DNA of 60,832 nucleotides, taken from the NCBI GenBank assembly GCA_965366055.1, contig CBDUDY010000001.1:1-60832 (forward strand), read 5' to 3'. Shown piece after piece: positions 30,776-40,603 of the stretch; the stretch's first letter is position 1; the number at the start of each line of letters is the position of its first letter. The notes beneath the pieces were generated by a model. It searched no databases, was not told the origin of the DNA, and saw only the letters and a list, made by a program, of their open reading frames with translations. Source of the DNA: an uncultured bacterium. GTDB taxonomy: Bacteria; Bacteroidota; Bacteroidia; Flavobacteriales; Flavobacteriaceae. Both the position numbers and the translations under genes were made by a program.

Positions 30776-30847
30776 GTGCTAAAATTTCTTGTGAACACGC
30801 TCGCTATTTCAAAGTTATTTCCTATAAAATGCATTATTAGTGGGCTG

Positions 30848-30863
30848 TATGACATATATCATT
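30848..30863 (+). promoter_or_regulatory. Putative Crp/Fnr-type box
   Basis: TATGAC-ATAT-ATCATT, 21 bp upstream of -7-like TAAATTCG (30885-30892). Confidence 0.6.
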
Positions 30864-30920
30864 CTTTTAGAGAGCTGATGCTTCTAAATTCGCAGACATA
30901 TTAATTTAGTTTATTATTTT

Positions 30921-32744
30921 ATGAAAGAGACAAAAAACAGTCATACGTTTCATATTCCGGTGATGGGTCTTGCTTATACCATCGATAGTCCGATTCGCGT
31001 GGCGCATTTAGGTATTGCTTCGGCAGTATCCATAACAGATGATGATCTTATAGAGAAAATGAGATCATTCTACAGCAAAAAATTTTCCATCCCTTACCAA
31101 GAAATCACACAAAAAATTCACGATTACAGAGCTGAGAGAATTACTCATTATCTGGATATGATGGATACTATTGTAAAGACAAAATTGGAAGATTTCAAAA
31201 ATCAATTAGTAGAAAGTAAAGAGCAATTAGAGAATTATATCGATATGTTGCCTTCACAATCAGACCTAAGCCAAGGATTGCAATCCTTTGTAGATGGTGG
31301 AGTTGCGATCAAAGAATCTCTAAAAACGTATCTAGACGAAAACCTTTTTGCCGGAGCAATCGATGTCAATATTATGACAAAGATTGACAAAGAAAATTTC
31401 ATCGGTGATGTGAAACAAGATGTGATTTTTAATGATGCCCACGCTTCATTAAGAGGATTTGCTAACAGCAAATTGACATCGTCAGTAATTCTTTCGGCAG
31501 GAATGAATCCGAGACTTTACGGCTATTTTGAGCAGTTTAATGAATTTTATCCAGACGCAGATGGAAATCTTAGCAAGAAGATTATCCTGAAAGTTAGCGA
31601 TTATCGTTCGGCAATGATTCAAGGGAATTTCCTTGCCAAAAAAGGACTTTGGGTTTCAGAATATCGAATTGAATCTGGACTAAATTGTGGTGGTCACGCC
31701 TTTGCAACGGATGGACATTTAATGGGTCCGATTTTGGAGGAATTCAAAAGTAAACGTTCTGATCTTGTTGCATCTGCACATTCTTTAATGGTCAAAGCTT
31801 TAGAGATTAAGAATCTTCCTGTTCCAGCACAACCATTGCCGTTGACAATTACAGCGCAAGGAGGCGTAGGAACTTCAGAAGAACACAATTTTCTGATTAA
31901 CGAATATAATGTAAGTTCTGTTGGTTGGGGATCGCCTTTATTATTGGTGCCAGAAGCAACTTCGGTGGATGCAGAGACTAGAGATGTTTTAGCGAAAGCT
32001 AAGGAAGAAGACTTTTACTTAAGTGATATTTCGCCTTTGGGAGTTCCGTTCAATACGGTCCGAGGAATGAGCAATGAATATTTCAAACAATCACGAATCG
32101 AACAAAATAAACCTGGAAGTTCATGTCCTAAAAAACTTTTAGCCTTGAGCAAAGAGTATGGCGATCAGGGAATTTGTTCAGCTTCTAAGAAATACCAAGA
32201 TCTAAAACTTGCTGTACTTGAAGAGGAAAAAGAAACTATTTCTCAAAGGGAATTTGACTATAAGAAAACGAAAATTACTGAGAAAGCCTGTCTTTGTGTA
32301 GGTTTGGCAAATGCTTCCTACCTCGAAAACGATATAAAAATTAAAGGGCAGCAGCAGGGAATCGTAATTTGTCCAGGTCCAAATTTGGCTTATTTTGACA
32401 AAGAAGTTTCTCTTAATACAATGGCGCAGCATATCTACGGACGCAAAAATATTATCAATCAGACTATTTCTAGACCAAATATGTTTGTCAATGAGATTAA
32501 GATGTATGTAGATTATATTAAGGAGGAACTTTTGCATCTTTCAGAAAATGCGCCAGCAGCGCAGATTAAAAAACTGAAAAGTTTTAAAGCCAATCTTCTT
32601 GAAGGAATCAATTATTACAATGATTTATTTGATCAATCTACATTTTTTAGTGATACAAAAGACAGCATCAAAGAACAGTTAAAACTTTATACGATGGAAA
32701 TTAATACGTTGTCTGTAGAAAAAGAGATTGCGGTAGTAGCATAA
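30921..32744 (+). CDS. Conserved hypothetical protein, probable nitronate-monooxygenase-like FMN TIM barrel with Cys motifs
   Basis: ESGLNCGGHAF, ITAQGGVG, GWGSPLL, SPLGVPF, KACLCVGL. Confidence 0.55.
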   Translation: MKETKNSHTFHIPVMGLAYTIDSPIRVAHLGIASAVSITDDDLIEKMRSFYSKKFSIPYQEITQKIHDYRAERITHYLDMMDTIVKTKLEDFKNQLVESKEQLENYIDMLPSQSDLSQGLQSFVDGGVAIKESLKTYLDENLFAGAIDVNIMTKIDKENFIGDVKQDVIFNDAHASLRGFANSKLTSSVILSAGMNPRLYGYFEQFNEFYPDADGNLSKKIILKVSDYRSAMIQGNFLAKKGLWVSEYRIESGLNCGGHAFATDGHLMGPILEEFKSKRSDLVASAHSLMVKALEIKNLPVPAQPLPLTITAQGGVGTSEEHNFLINEYNVSSVGWGSPLLLVPEATSVDAETRDVLAKAKEEDFYLSDISPLGVPFNTVRGMSNEYFKQSRIEQNKPGSSCPKKLLALSKEYGDQGICSASKKYQDLKLAVLEEEKETISQREFDYKKTKITEKACLCVGLANASYLENDIKIKGQQQGIVICPGPNLAYFDKEVSLNTMAQHIYGRKNIINQTISRPNMFVNEIKMYVDYIKEELLHLSENAPAAQIKKLKSFKANLLEGINYYNDLFDQSTFFSDTKDSIKEQLKLYTMEINTLSVEKEIAVVA

Positions 32745-32765
32745 TTTACGCTAGATAATAAAATG

Positions 32766-32796
32766 AGAAACCCGGCCTAATGAAGCCGGGTTTCTT
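32766..32796. terminator. Bidirectional intrinsic terminator
   Basis: AGAAACCCGGC...GCCGGGTTTCT between convergent genes. Confidence 0.8.
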
Positions 32797-32819
32797 CGTT
32801 TTACGACCTAGATAAAAAA

Positions 32820-33548
32820 TTATATGTATTCCATTTGCGATTCCATTTGCAACGCTTGAGGAAATAAAATATTGTTTTCTAAATGAATGTGCGTGTGCAA
32901 ATCTTGTTCAAATTCCTGTAGCATTGCAAAAGTCACTTTATAAGTATTGCAGGCATCCGCAGGTGGCGTGTAGTTATTTGTTAGCGTAGCAATTTTCTCA
33001 AGACGCTCACCTTCGTGCTCATGCTCCGCTTTCATCATAGCAATTGGGTTTGCCACAGAGCCAAATCCAGGCTGATCTAATTCCGAATCATTCAAGTTGC
33101 TAGCAACCATTTTTTTGATAAAGGGGAATAAAATCTGCTCCTCTTTTTGCATATGACTACTAAGTTCTTGGGCGCAACCTTTAAATAATTCGGTAATTTC
33201 GAATAATTCAGGATGCGTATGTCCATGAACTTTACAAAGTTTGTCTAGAAATGCCACCAATATTGGAGATTTTTCAGCGACAAATCGGTGATGTGTTTTC
33301 TCAATATAATCTGCTAGTAAATCTAGTGGCCAGCTTGTAAAGTCAATATGACCAGTTTGTGCAGTCTGTAAAAGTTTGTCTATTTCATTCTGAATTTTGC
33401 TCGCGTCCAACTCTTTTTTGGTGCACGCCTCTTCAATACTGCGATTTCCTTTACAGCAAAAATCGATACCATATTTTGAAAAGACAGCTGCCGTTCTGAA
33501 ATCTTGCGCTACATATTCTCCAATTGTTTTTTGATCTTGAATTGTCAT
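32820..33548 (-). CDS. ric: Iron-sulfur cluster repair di-iron protein (Ric/YtfE/ScdA)
   Basis: IDFCCKG, THH, KVHG, HMQKEEQILFP, EHEHEG, HIHLENNILFP. Confidence 0.96.
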   Translation of the reverse strand: MTIQDQKTIGEYVAQDFRTAAVFSKYGIDFCCKGNRSIEEACTKKELDASKIQNEIDKLLQTAQTGHIDFTSWPLDLLADYIEKTHHRFVAEKSPILVAFLDKLCKVHGHTHPELFEITELFKGCAQELSSHMQKEEQILFPFIKKMVASNLNDSELDQPGFGSVANPIAMMKAEHEHEGERLEKIATLTNNYTPPADACNTYKVTFAMLQEFEQDLHTHIHLENNILFPQALQMESQMEYI

Positions 33549-33599
33549 AATTTTATATTTTTAGAAACTATTATTTGTTGTTTTTAATACTGTAAAATT

Positions 33600-33620
33600 A
33601 AAAGATAACTTTGTCCTTTT
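33600..33620. promoter_or_regulatory. Putative repressor (Rrf2-like) operator in the ric promoter
   Basis: Imperfect palindrome AAAAGATAA-CT-TTGTCCTTT between the -7 element and the upstream box. Confidence 0.45.
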
Positions 33621-33621
33621 T

Positions 33622-33637
33622 TATGACCTATGTCATA
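33622..33637 (-). promoter_or_regulatory. Putative Crp/Fnr-type box
   Basis: Perfect TATGAC-CTAT-GTCATA, 21 bp upstream of minus-strand TAATTTTA (33600-33593). Confidence 0.7.
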
Positions 33638-33738
33638 TGAATTTTTGGTTGTGAGTAGTTTGAAGCCTTTAAAAATGGGATTTGTAAAAAATAAATTATG
33701 AAGGTGTGAGATAGATTATAAGATATTTTTTTTTTTTT

Positions 33739-33923
33739 GGGCGCAACCTTCGCCAGTACTACTGTGGTAACATTCATTATTTCATTTGGCTCAGGTCAGG
33801 CTGTACATTATATCTTTGCTGCCAGAAATGCAGTTTTCAATTTTAAAAATTATTGCTGTGGCAGCAAAGGATGCCATTCCCATCCTTTGCGCGGGATGCC
33901 GTTTCAAATAGAAGTGAAGTGGT
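33739..33923 (+). ncRNA. Structured repeat, Flavo-1-like RNA, copy 1
   Basis: GGGCGCAACC...GGCTCAGGTCAGGCTGT.CATTATATCTTTGCTGC...GCAGCAAAGGATGCCATTCCCATCCTTTGCGCGGGA plus 3' hairpin; shared with 43445 and 60662. Confidence 0.65.
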
Positions 33924-34075
33924 AATGACGAAAAATTACGAAAAGAAGATTTTTATCTTTATCCTTGGAGTATCTATTGTAATGGAATCGACCCAACTGC
34001 GGTGGAATTAATTTTCGTAATGATGAAAGATAAAAAAGTATAGTACATTAGAACAAAAATGTGAGAAAGTATAAT

Positions 34076-34212
34076 ACACAACACGATACTTTGCGAGATT
34101 TGAGTTTTAGCCATAAATTCAAAGTTGGTTTTGTACTTGGAAAACTTTTTTTTAACCGAAAAATTAATCTTACCGAAGTCCCAAATCTCGTAAAGCGCGA
34201 GATCGTAGGGAA
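34076..34212. repeat. attC-like imperfect hairpin
   Basis: ACACAAC at the left end; CTTTGCGAGATTTG / CAAATCTCGTAAAG (13/14); ACGAT/ATCGT; degenerate cGTAGGG at the right end. Confidence 0.55.
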
Positions 34213-34241
34213 TCTTATTGAAAATTTAAAAATTATATAAT

Positions 34242-34817
34242 GTGAAAAATATACTATATTTTTTGATCATAATTTCATTTATATCTTGTGAAGAGAAAAA
34301 AGCGATTAGTCGAAATCTTGTTCCTGATAAAGAAGTTTATGATATTATTAATTTCATTATTAAAAATGAGTTTTCAAAAAGCAATAACAATAGTAAGTAT
34401 TTGAGCGAAGAGTTTCCAATGATCTTACCTGATAATGAATATTTTGGTATAGAAAAAATGGACACAATATTTAGCAAAAGTGATGTGGAGTTTATGAAGC
34501 TTCAAATCAGTAAAAGATACGAATTTAGAATTGAAAGGAACCTAATCCAAAATAAAGTTGTAATACCATTCGATTCGATAAATAAATTACGCATAAGTGA
34601 GAAATCTGATCAATTTTGGAAACGTTTTCAAATAAAATATGATGCCAGAAAATTTGATGGAATAAGTTTACCACTATTTAGTGTTGACTACAAAACTGTA
34701 ATAATATCATATGGACATCATTGCGGAAGTTTATGTGGAAGTGGAGAAACTTCTATTTATCGAAGAGTAAATGGTCATTGGAAAAAGTTTAAAGTAATCA
34801 GCTTCTGGATAAGTTAA
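34242..34817 (+). CDS. Hypothetical lipoprotein
   Basis: GTG start, FISC lipobox, C-terminal CGSLCGSG motif. Confidence 0.75.
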   Translation: MKNILYFLIIISFISCEEKKAISRNLVPDKEVYDIINFIIKNEFSKSNNNSKYLSEEFPMILPDNEYFGIEKMDTIFSKSDVEFMKLQISKRYEFRIERNLIQNKVVIPFDSINKLRISEKSDQFWKRFQIKYDARKFDGISLPLFSVDYKTVIISYGHHCGSLCGSGETSIYRRVNGHWKKFKVISFWIS

Positions 34818-34974
34818 AAAAAGTTATTTTCCAACATTAATCAACACATTGAAATAAAATTAGTAACTGACATATACCATGTAAAAAAAAACTTACGAAA
34901 GAAATCTGAATAGTTTCCTAGTTCTCAACAAAATGACCACACATCAATATAACCTCCCTATCACATTTAAAATT

Positions 34975-35505
34975 ATGAAAAACCTAAAATTTCTTTTTGC
35001 TCTTTTTATTGGCCTATTTATCACTTCCTGCTCAACTGATGCTACTACAATTATTGATAATGAAGTAGAAATAAAAGGAGGGATCCAAATAGCTTCCGTT
35101 TTTATCGAAACACCATATGTTTATATCAATGATGAAAATATTATTGACAATAATCCGAGTGACTTAGCGATTATTATGAGTAATAAGTTTTTACTTGTTG
35201 AGAATATTGATGCAGGTATTGATTATATGTATGTTGATTACTTGGGAGTTAATTTCGAAAGTGGACCGAAAGAACTTCTAAATTATAGAATTACCAAAAA
35301 TGCTTCGAGAGTAAATAATTTTATAGAGGGAGGAAGCAGATTATTAGAAGACAATCTAGGTTCGAATTTAAACGCAACTGAAATTAGTTTTGTAATAAAT
35401 TCAATTAGCAGCGAAAATATTGATTTTCAGTTCTAATTTACTAGACAAGATGGAGTATTAATTACTGGTTATTATTCAGGAGATTATACTGTTCTTAGTC
35501 AATAA
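34975..35505 (+). pseudogene. Hypothetical lipoprotein with premature in-frame stop
   Basis: MKNLKF...ITSC lipobox; TAA at 35434-35436 followed in frame by FTRQDGVLITGYYSGDYTVLSQ-stop (35505). Confidence 0.6.
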
Positions 35506-35531
35506 AGAGAACCTTCGTAAACCTTCAAAAT

Positions 35532-36356
35532 ATGAGAACACTACTTCTATTTATTTTTACTTTTAACTTTATTTATTCGCAAGAAATTGATCAAAATAAA
35601 TATTATGCAGAAACAAAAACTGTCTTAATAAAATCGACTGTATTTGAAAAAGAGAGAGAGCTGCAAGTATTTCTTCCTGACGAATATTTTAAACAACCTG
35701 AGAGAAAATTTAAGATTTTGTATTTATTTGATTCGCAAAATCAAAGAATATTCAATTATGTGAAGGGTACGAGTGAATTGCTTTCTATGAATTTTATCGA
35801 ACCGATGATTATTGTAGGTATCGTTACTGAAGATCGATGGTTTGAATTTTTGCCCAAGAATAATAATGTGGAAACATTGAAAGAGTACGAGCCACCGATT
35901 GGTGCAGCAGATAGTTTAATAAGTCATATTAAAAATGAAGTAGAACCATATTTACTTAAAAACTATAGAATAAAGGATGAACGAATTGGAATTGGACATT
36001 CATTAGGTGGAACATTTTTAATGTATTTTAATACGATTGACAACAATTTCTTTACTTCAAATATCTTATTAAGTCCAAATTTTAGTTATGATGATGAACA
36101 GATGCTAGTTTTAATTAAAAATTTCAGTAAAATGCGTAACGTATCGAAAAAGCAGTTTTTTGTATTTAGCGGTTTTGGTGATATGTATGAAGAAAAGTTT
36201 AATATATCTCTGAAGAAAATTAATAAATGGTTGAAGAGAAATAAGTCAGAAAACTTGATCTGGGAATATGAGCAATTACAAATTAATAATCATGGAAAAA
36301 TTTGGTTTGAAGGTATTTATAAAGGTTTGCTGAAAATAGAAAGTATCAAAAGGTGA
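35532..36356 (+). CDS. Exported alpha/beta hydrolase (putative esterase)
   Basis: Signal peptide; GHSLGG nucleophile elbow; LYLFD. Confidence 0.85.
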   Translation: MRTLLLFIFTFNFIYSQEIDQNKYYAETKTVLIKSTVFEKERELQVFLPDEYFKQPERKFKILYLFDSQNQRIFNYVKGTSELLSMNFIEPMIIVGIVTEDRWFEFLPKNNNVETLKEYEPPIGAADSLISHIKNEVEPYLLKNYRIKDERIGIGHSLGGTFLMYFNTIDNNFFTSNILLSPNFSYDDEQMLVLIKNFSKMRNVSKKQFFVFSGFGDMYEEKFNISLKKINKWLKRNKSENLIWEYEQLQINNHGKIWFEGIYKGLLKIESIKR

Positions 36357-36416
36357 TATTTACTAGTTTAGATTTTAACTCGTATTTCATCTGTTAACAA
36401 CAAAAATTCAACCGAA

Positions 36417-36920
36417 ATGATGTGGAGTAAAATAAAAAGCAATTTAGAAAATAAGTTTGCTGAAAATTTAAAAGGAAGAGTTCAGATTTACATCACTTCC
36501 TATGGACATGGATTTGACACAACTGATTTGTTTAATAGGGGCTGGATAACGGTTGACGGCAAAGAAGTGGTTAATTTTTCAACTCCTGATACATTTTATT
36601 TGAATGGTGCCAATTATCATTATGCAACTCCTACGAATTGTGCAACAAGTGATAATCAACTTTTTGAGGAGAGAGATTCCCATCTGTTATCCGAAAAAGG
36701 GGAATTTTCAAAATTTGATTTAAGTAATTGCTGTTATGCCTATCTTGATTTATCCATTGAAGAAGCTCTGAATCATAAAAGTCCAATTATAAATATGCTT
36801 TCAGTTTTAGACAGAAGAGCAGGGAAGAGAAGACTTTTAAGGCTAATTGACAAAACCAATCATCCTTTAGTCAATTTTTTCCTGAGCTTAAGGCTAGAAA
36901 GAAATGTTGAAAAGAAATGA
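36417..36920 (+). CDS. Hypothetical protein (SF0329-like family)
   Basis: WSKIKSNLE...LKGRV...LSIEEAL...LDRRAGKRRL. Confidence 0.65.
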   Translation: MMWSKIKSNLENKFAENLKGRVQIYITSYGHGFDTTDLFNRGWITVDGKEVVNFSTPDTFYLNGANYHYATPTNCATSDNQLFEERDSHLLSEKGEFSKFDLSNCCYAYLDLSIEEALNHKSPIINMLSVLDRRAGKRRLLRLIDKTNHPLVNFFLSLRLERNVEKK

Positions 36921-37031
36921 GATTAAGATGTGAAAAGTTGCCTTACATAGAGGAATTATTGTGAAATAGAATTAATTTTCAAGATTTTAAAAATTAGTTT
37001 AGATGTACAGAGTCTTACCAAATAAATCCAA

Positions 37032-37640
37032 ATGAAAAAATACTCGAAAATTGCTTTGAAATATTTTGCTGAATTTCTAATAGTTGCAGCGGGAGTATTC
37101 CTGGGTGTGTACTTAAGTGGAATACAGGACGATAAAAATCTGAAAATAGAAAAGGAAAAATCTCAAAACTTTATCGCAGAGGAACTGCAGAATAATAAAG
37201 AAATACTACAAAAATCGATTGCATATCACGAAGCTATGAAAGGTGAAGTAGATAGCATCTATCCGACATTAAATCAAGAAGACTTTTATAAAGATTATTT
37301 CGGCAATGACAAATTTCGTTTTAATACGATAAAGGGATGGAAGGGAATTTATATTGCTCCACTAGAAAATACTGCATTTGAAAGCACAAAAATTAGTGGA
37401 ATAATAAAAGAATATGACATAGAATTTCTGCAAAGCATTTCGAAAGTTTATAATATTCAAAAAAACTATTCAGAATTTGGAAATTCCATTATGAATAGAA
37501 TGATGACGATAAACTCAGCAACAAAGGTTATTGATGTCTTAGGTACGGTAGAGCTTATGTCCACAGATTTACTTGTTTATGAAAAAAAGTTATTAGACGC
37601 CATAGAAAAAACACAACAAGAACTAACAAAAACGAAATAA
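37032..37640 (+). CDS. Hypothetical membrane-anchored protein
   Basis: N-terminal TM EFLIVAAGVFLG followed by a helical domain. Confidence 0.7.
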   Translation: MKKYSKIALKYFAEFLIVAAGVFLGVYLSGIQDDKNLKIEKEKSQNFIAEELQNNKEILQKSIAYHEAMKGEVDSIYPTLNQEDFYKDYFGNDKFRFNTIKGWKGIYIAPLENTAFESTKISGIIKEYDIEFLQSISKVYNIQKNYSEFGNSIMNRMMTINSATKVIDVLGTVELMSTDLLVYEKKLLDAIEKTQQELTKTK

Positions 37641-37914
37641 AATACAAAGAAATTTATTTTGGAAATAAATGAGTTCGTAGAAATGGAAATTAGAAAAAGA
37701 GATTGCGTAATTAGAAGTGCTTATATGTAGGGTAAGTCTTTGGTTGTGCAATATATATAAAGATGATTTTGCTTAGAGCAAGCAATTTTAACTAAGTACT
37801 TTGTACACTATAAAATATTATCGTGCTTAATAAAAATACTAATAAATTCCCAACAAATTAGGCCCACTATGTTCTTTTAAAATTTTACATTTCTAATTAT
37901 TATCCTAAATTATT

Positions 37915-39537
37915 ATGCAGAAAAAAATCTTAATTGTAGTTCTAGTCATTTTTACTTGCAATAATTTGACTGCCCAGCAGGGTATTTCTGAAACTGAAAA
38001 ATTAGTATCACTAGCCAAGATCTACGGTTTCTTAAAGTACTACCATCCTGAAGTTGCAAAGGGATCCTACAATTGGGATGATGAGTTGATCAAATATCTT
38101 CCAGAGGTTTTAACTGCTACAGATAAAGAATCTTTGTCAACCGTATATAATAAGTGGATTGATCGTTTGGGAAAAGTTCCAGAATGTAAAAAGTGCGATT
38201 CGAAAGAGCCGTATTTTGAGAAAAATTTTGACTTGTCTTGGATAGAAGATGAGACAATTTTTAACAGCCAGGTGATTTCTAAACTGAAATATATTGAGAA
38301 TAACAGAAATCAAAAAAAGAATTTTTACGTAGAGATTGAGCCTGTTGGAAATATAAAAGTTGCCAATGAACCTGATTACAAAGAGTTCGAATATCCAACT
38401 CAAGAGTACCGACTTTTAGGGTTATTTAAATATTGGAATATAATAGAATATTTTTTTCCTTACAAATATCTTACTGATCAAAAGTGGGATTTGGTGTTGG
38501 AGGAAATGATTCCAAAATTCCAAAATGCATCAAACAAGAGTGAATATCAACTTGCTATTAATGAGCTTATTGCCAAATTAGATGACAGTCACGCTTATGT
38601 TAGATTTTCAACACAGAAAAGAAAGTACCTTCCAATTAAGGTTACTAATATCGATAATAAACCTGTAGTTTCAGGCTATTATAATGATTCGCTAGCAAAA
38701 ATTAATAATATAAAGTTAGGCGATGTGATTTTAACAATTAACGGCTTGGATGTTGCGAAAGAGGCAGATAAACTATTAAAATATATTTCAAGTTCGAATA
38801 GCAACGGAAAGATGGGAGATGCATATATTAATATCTTAATGGGTATTGACGATATGGTTAATTTAAGTATTTCTAGAAACGACCAGGTTGAAAACATCAA
38901 TGTGAAAAGATATGATTTTGCAGATTTTAGTAAAGGTGTAGATCTAGATGCTTTAAAAACTAGTGAAATTAGCACAGAAATTGGTTATATTAACATGGCG
39001 TACGTCAGGAAAGGAGATGTGGAAGACATTTTTAAAAATTTTGCAAATAAAAAATCGATAATAATTGATTTGAGAAATTATCCTGCTTATATATTTTATC
39101 AGATGACAGCTTATTTGAACTCAGAAAAGAGAAACTTTGTAAAAATATATAAGCCAAATATCAATTATCCGGGAAAATATCACTTTAGAAATTATAGAAC
39201 TAAAGGCAGCAAAAAAGCATTTAAAGGAAAAATTGTTTTAGTAGTAAGTGAAGAGTCTATGAGTAGATCTGAATTTACAGCGATGGCTTTTCAAACTGCC
39301 GACAATGTTATAACGGTTGGAAATCAAACCGCAGGAGCAGATGGGGACGTAGTGGATTTTCAATACTTGGGAGGTTTTAGAACTTTAATCTCCGGGAACG
39401 GAATACTTTATCCTGATGGTTCAGAAACGCAACGAAAAGGAATCAAAATTGACGTAGAGGTGAAGTCCACACATAATGGATTACGGGAGGGTCGTGACGA
39501 GGTATTAGAAAAAGCAATCGAAATAGCAAACGAGTAA
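37915..39537 (+). CDS. S41 family peptidase
   Basis: Signal peptide; YGFLKYYHP, LDDSHA, IIDLRNYP, MSRSE, TAGADG. Confidence 0.9.
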   Translation: MQKKILIVVLVIFTCNNLTAQQGISETEKLVSLAKIYGFLKYYHPEVAKGSYNWDDELIKYLPEVLTATDKESLSTVYNKWIDRLGKVPECKKCDSKEPYFEKNFDLSWIEDETIFNSQVISKLKYIENNRNQKKNFYVEIEPVGNIKVANEPDYKEFEYPTQEYRLLGLFKYWNIIEYFFPYKYLTDQKWDLVLEEMIPKFQNASNKSEYQLAINELIAKLDDSHAYVRFSTQKRKYLPIKVTNIDNKPVVSGYYNDSLAKINNIKLGDVILTINGLDVAKEADKLLKYISSSNSNGKMGDAYINILMGIDDMVNLSISRNDQVENINVKRYDFADFSKGVDLDALKTSEISTEIGYINMAYVRKGDVEDIFKNFANKKSIIIDLRNYPAYIFYQMTAYLNSEKRNFVKIYKPNINYPGKYHFRNYRTKGSKKAFKGKIVLVVSEESMSRSEFTAMAFQTADNVITVGNQTAGADGDVVDFQYLGGFRTLISGNGILYPDGSETQRKGIKIDVEVKSTHNGLREGRDEVLEKAIEIANE

Positions 39538-39598
39538 CGAAAGTGGGGGTCGACTTTCGATCTGACAAAAAATTATATCTAAATTTCGAAAACTACCA

Positions 39599-40402
39599 AT
39601 GGCAAAAAAAGATAACTATATAGAAATTAATCGACTTTCCTGGAACAATCGAGTTGATTCCCATCTAAAATCAGAGTTTTATGATCTTGCAAATTTCTTA
39701 AAAGGTAAGACTTCATTAAATAGCATTGAGTTAGAATTATTGGGAGAGGTGACTGGCAAAACGATTTTGCATTTACAATGTCATTTCGGACAAGACACAA
39801 TATCACTAAGTAGGCTAGGTGCACAAGTGACTGGTGTGGACTTATCAGATAAGGCCATAGAAAGTGCGAAGCAGATTGCTAAAGACGCAAATTCAACGGC
39901 AAACTTTATTTGCTGCGATATCTACGATTTACCGAACTATTTGGACAACAAGTTTGATATCGTTTTTTGCAGTTACGGAACAATTGGATGGTTGCCAGAT
40001 TTGGATAAATGGGCCAAAATTGTTTCACAATTTCTAAAACCAAACGGAAGTTTTGTATTTGTAGAATTCCATCCATTTATTTGGATGTTTGACGACAACT
40101 TTGAAAAAATTTTTTACCGCTATTTTAATTCGGGCGCAATTGTCGAATCTGAAAGTGGCACTTATGCTGACAAAACTGCCGACATTACACAAGAATATAT
40201 TATGTGGAATCATGGTTTAAGTGAAGTTCTAAATAGTTTGATAAACAACAAGCTAGAGATAAATTCTCTTAATGAATACGATTATTCTCCTTATAATTGT
40301 TTTAATAAAACTATTGAGTTTGAATCCAAAAAATATAGGATAGAACATCTGGACGATAAAATTCCGATGGTCTATTCTGTAGTCGCAACCAAGAAATGTT
40401 AG
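39599..40402 (+). CDS. Class I SAM-dependent methyltransferase
   Basis: ILHLQCHFGQD, GVDLS, FDIVFCSYG, LKPNG. Confidence 0.92.
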   Translation: MAKKDNYIEINRLSWNNRVDSHLKSEFYDLANFLKGKTSLNSIELELLGEVTGKTILHLQCHFGQDTISLSRLGAQVTGVDLSDKAIESAKQIAKDANSTANFICCDIYDLPNYLDNKFDIVFCSYGTIGWLPDLDKWAKIVSQFLKPNGSFVFVEFHPFIWMFDDNFEKIFYRYFNSGAIVESESGTYADKTADITQEYIMWNHGLSEVLNSLINNKLEINSLNEYDYSPYNCFNKTIEFESKKYRIEHLDDKIPMVYSVVATKKC

Positions 40403-40603
40403 TAAGATTTTACAGGAAATTAATTTCAAATTCTAGCTAAAATAGTTTGGAAAATCTAGTCAAGAAAATGGATATGTAGAATTATATTTCTGATAAAATA
40501 GGAGGGAATCTTAATTTCTAAAGTTTATGGATAGAATTAAATGAGCTAAACTTAAAAAAGTAAACAATTGGTCCTTGAAATTAGTCTTCGGATGGTCATA
40601 ATT

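Noticed and set aside
33737..33925. 62-aa ORF, and the similar ORF at 43363-43605
   Set aside because: Both are translations of the structured repeat; conservation follows base pairing rather than codons
33935..34036. Interleaved 10-11-bp inverted repeats suggesting a pseudoknot
   Set aside because: Almost entirely A/T; plausible by chance
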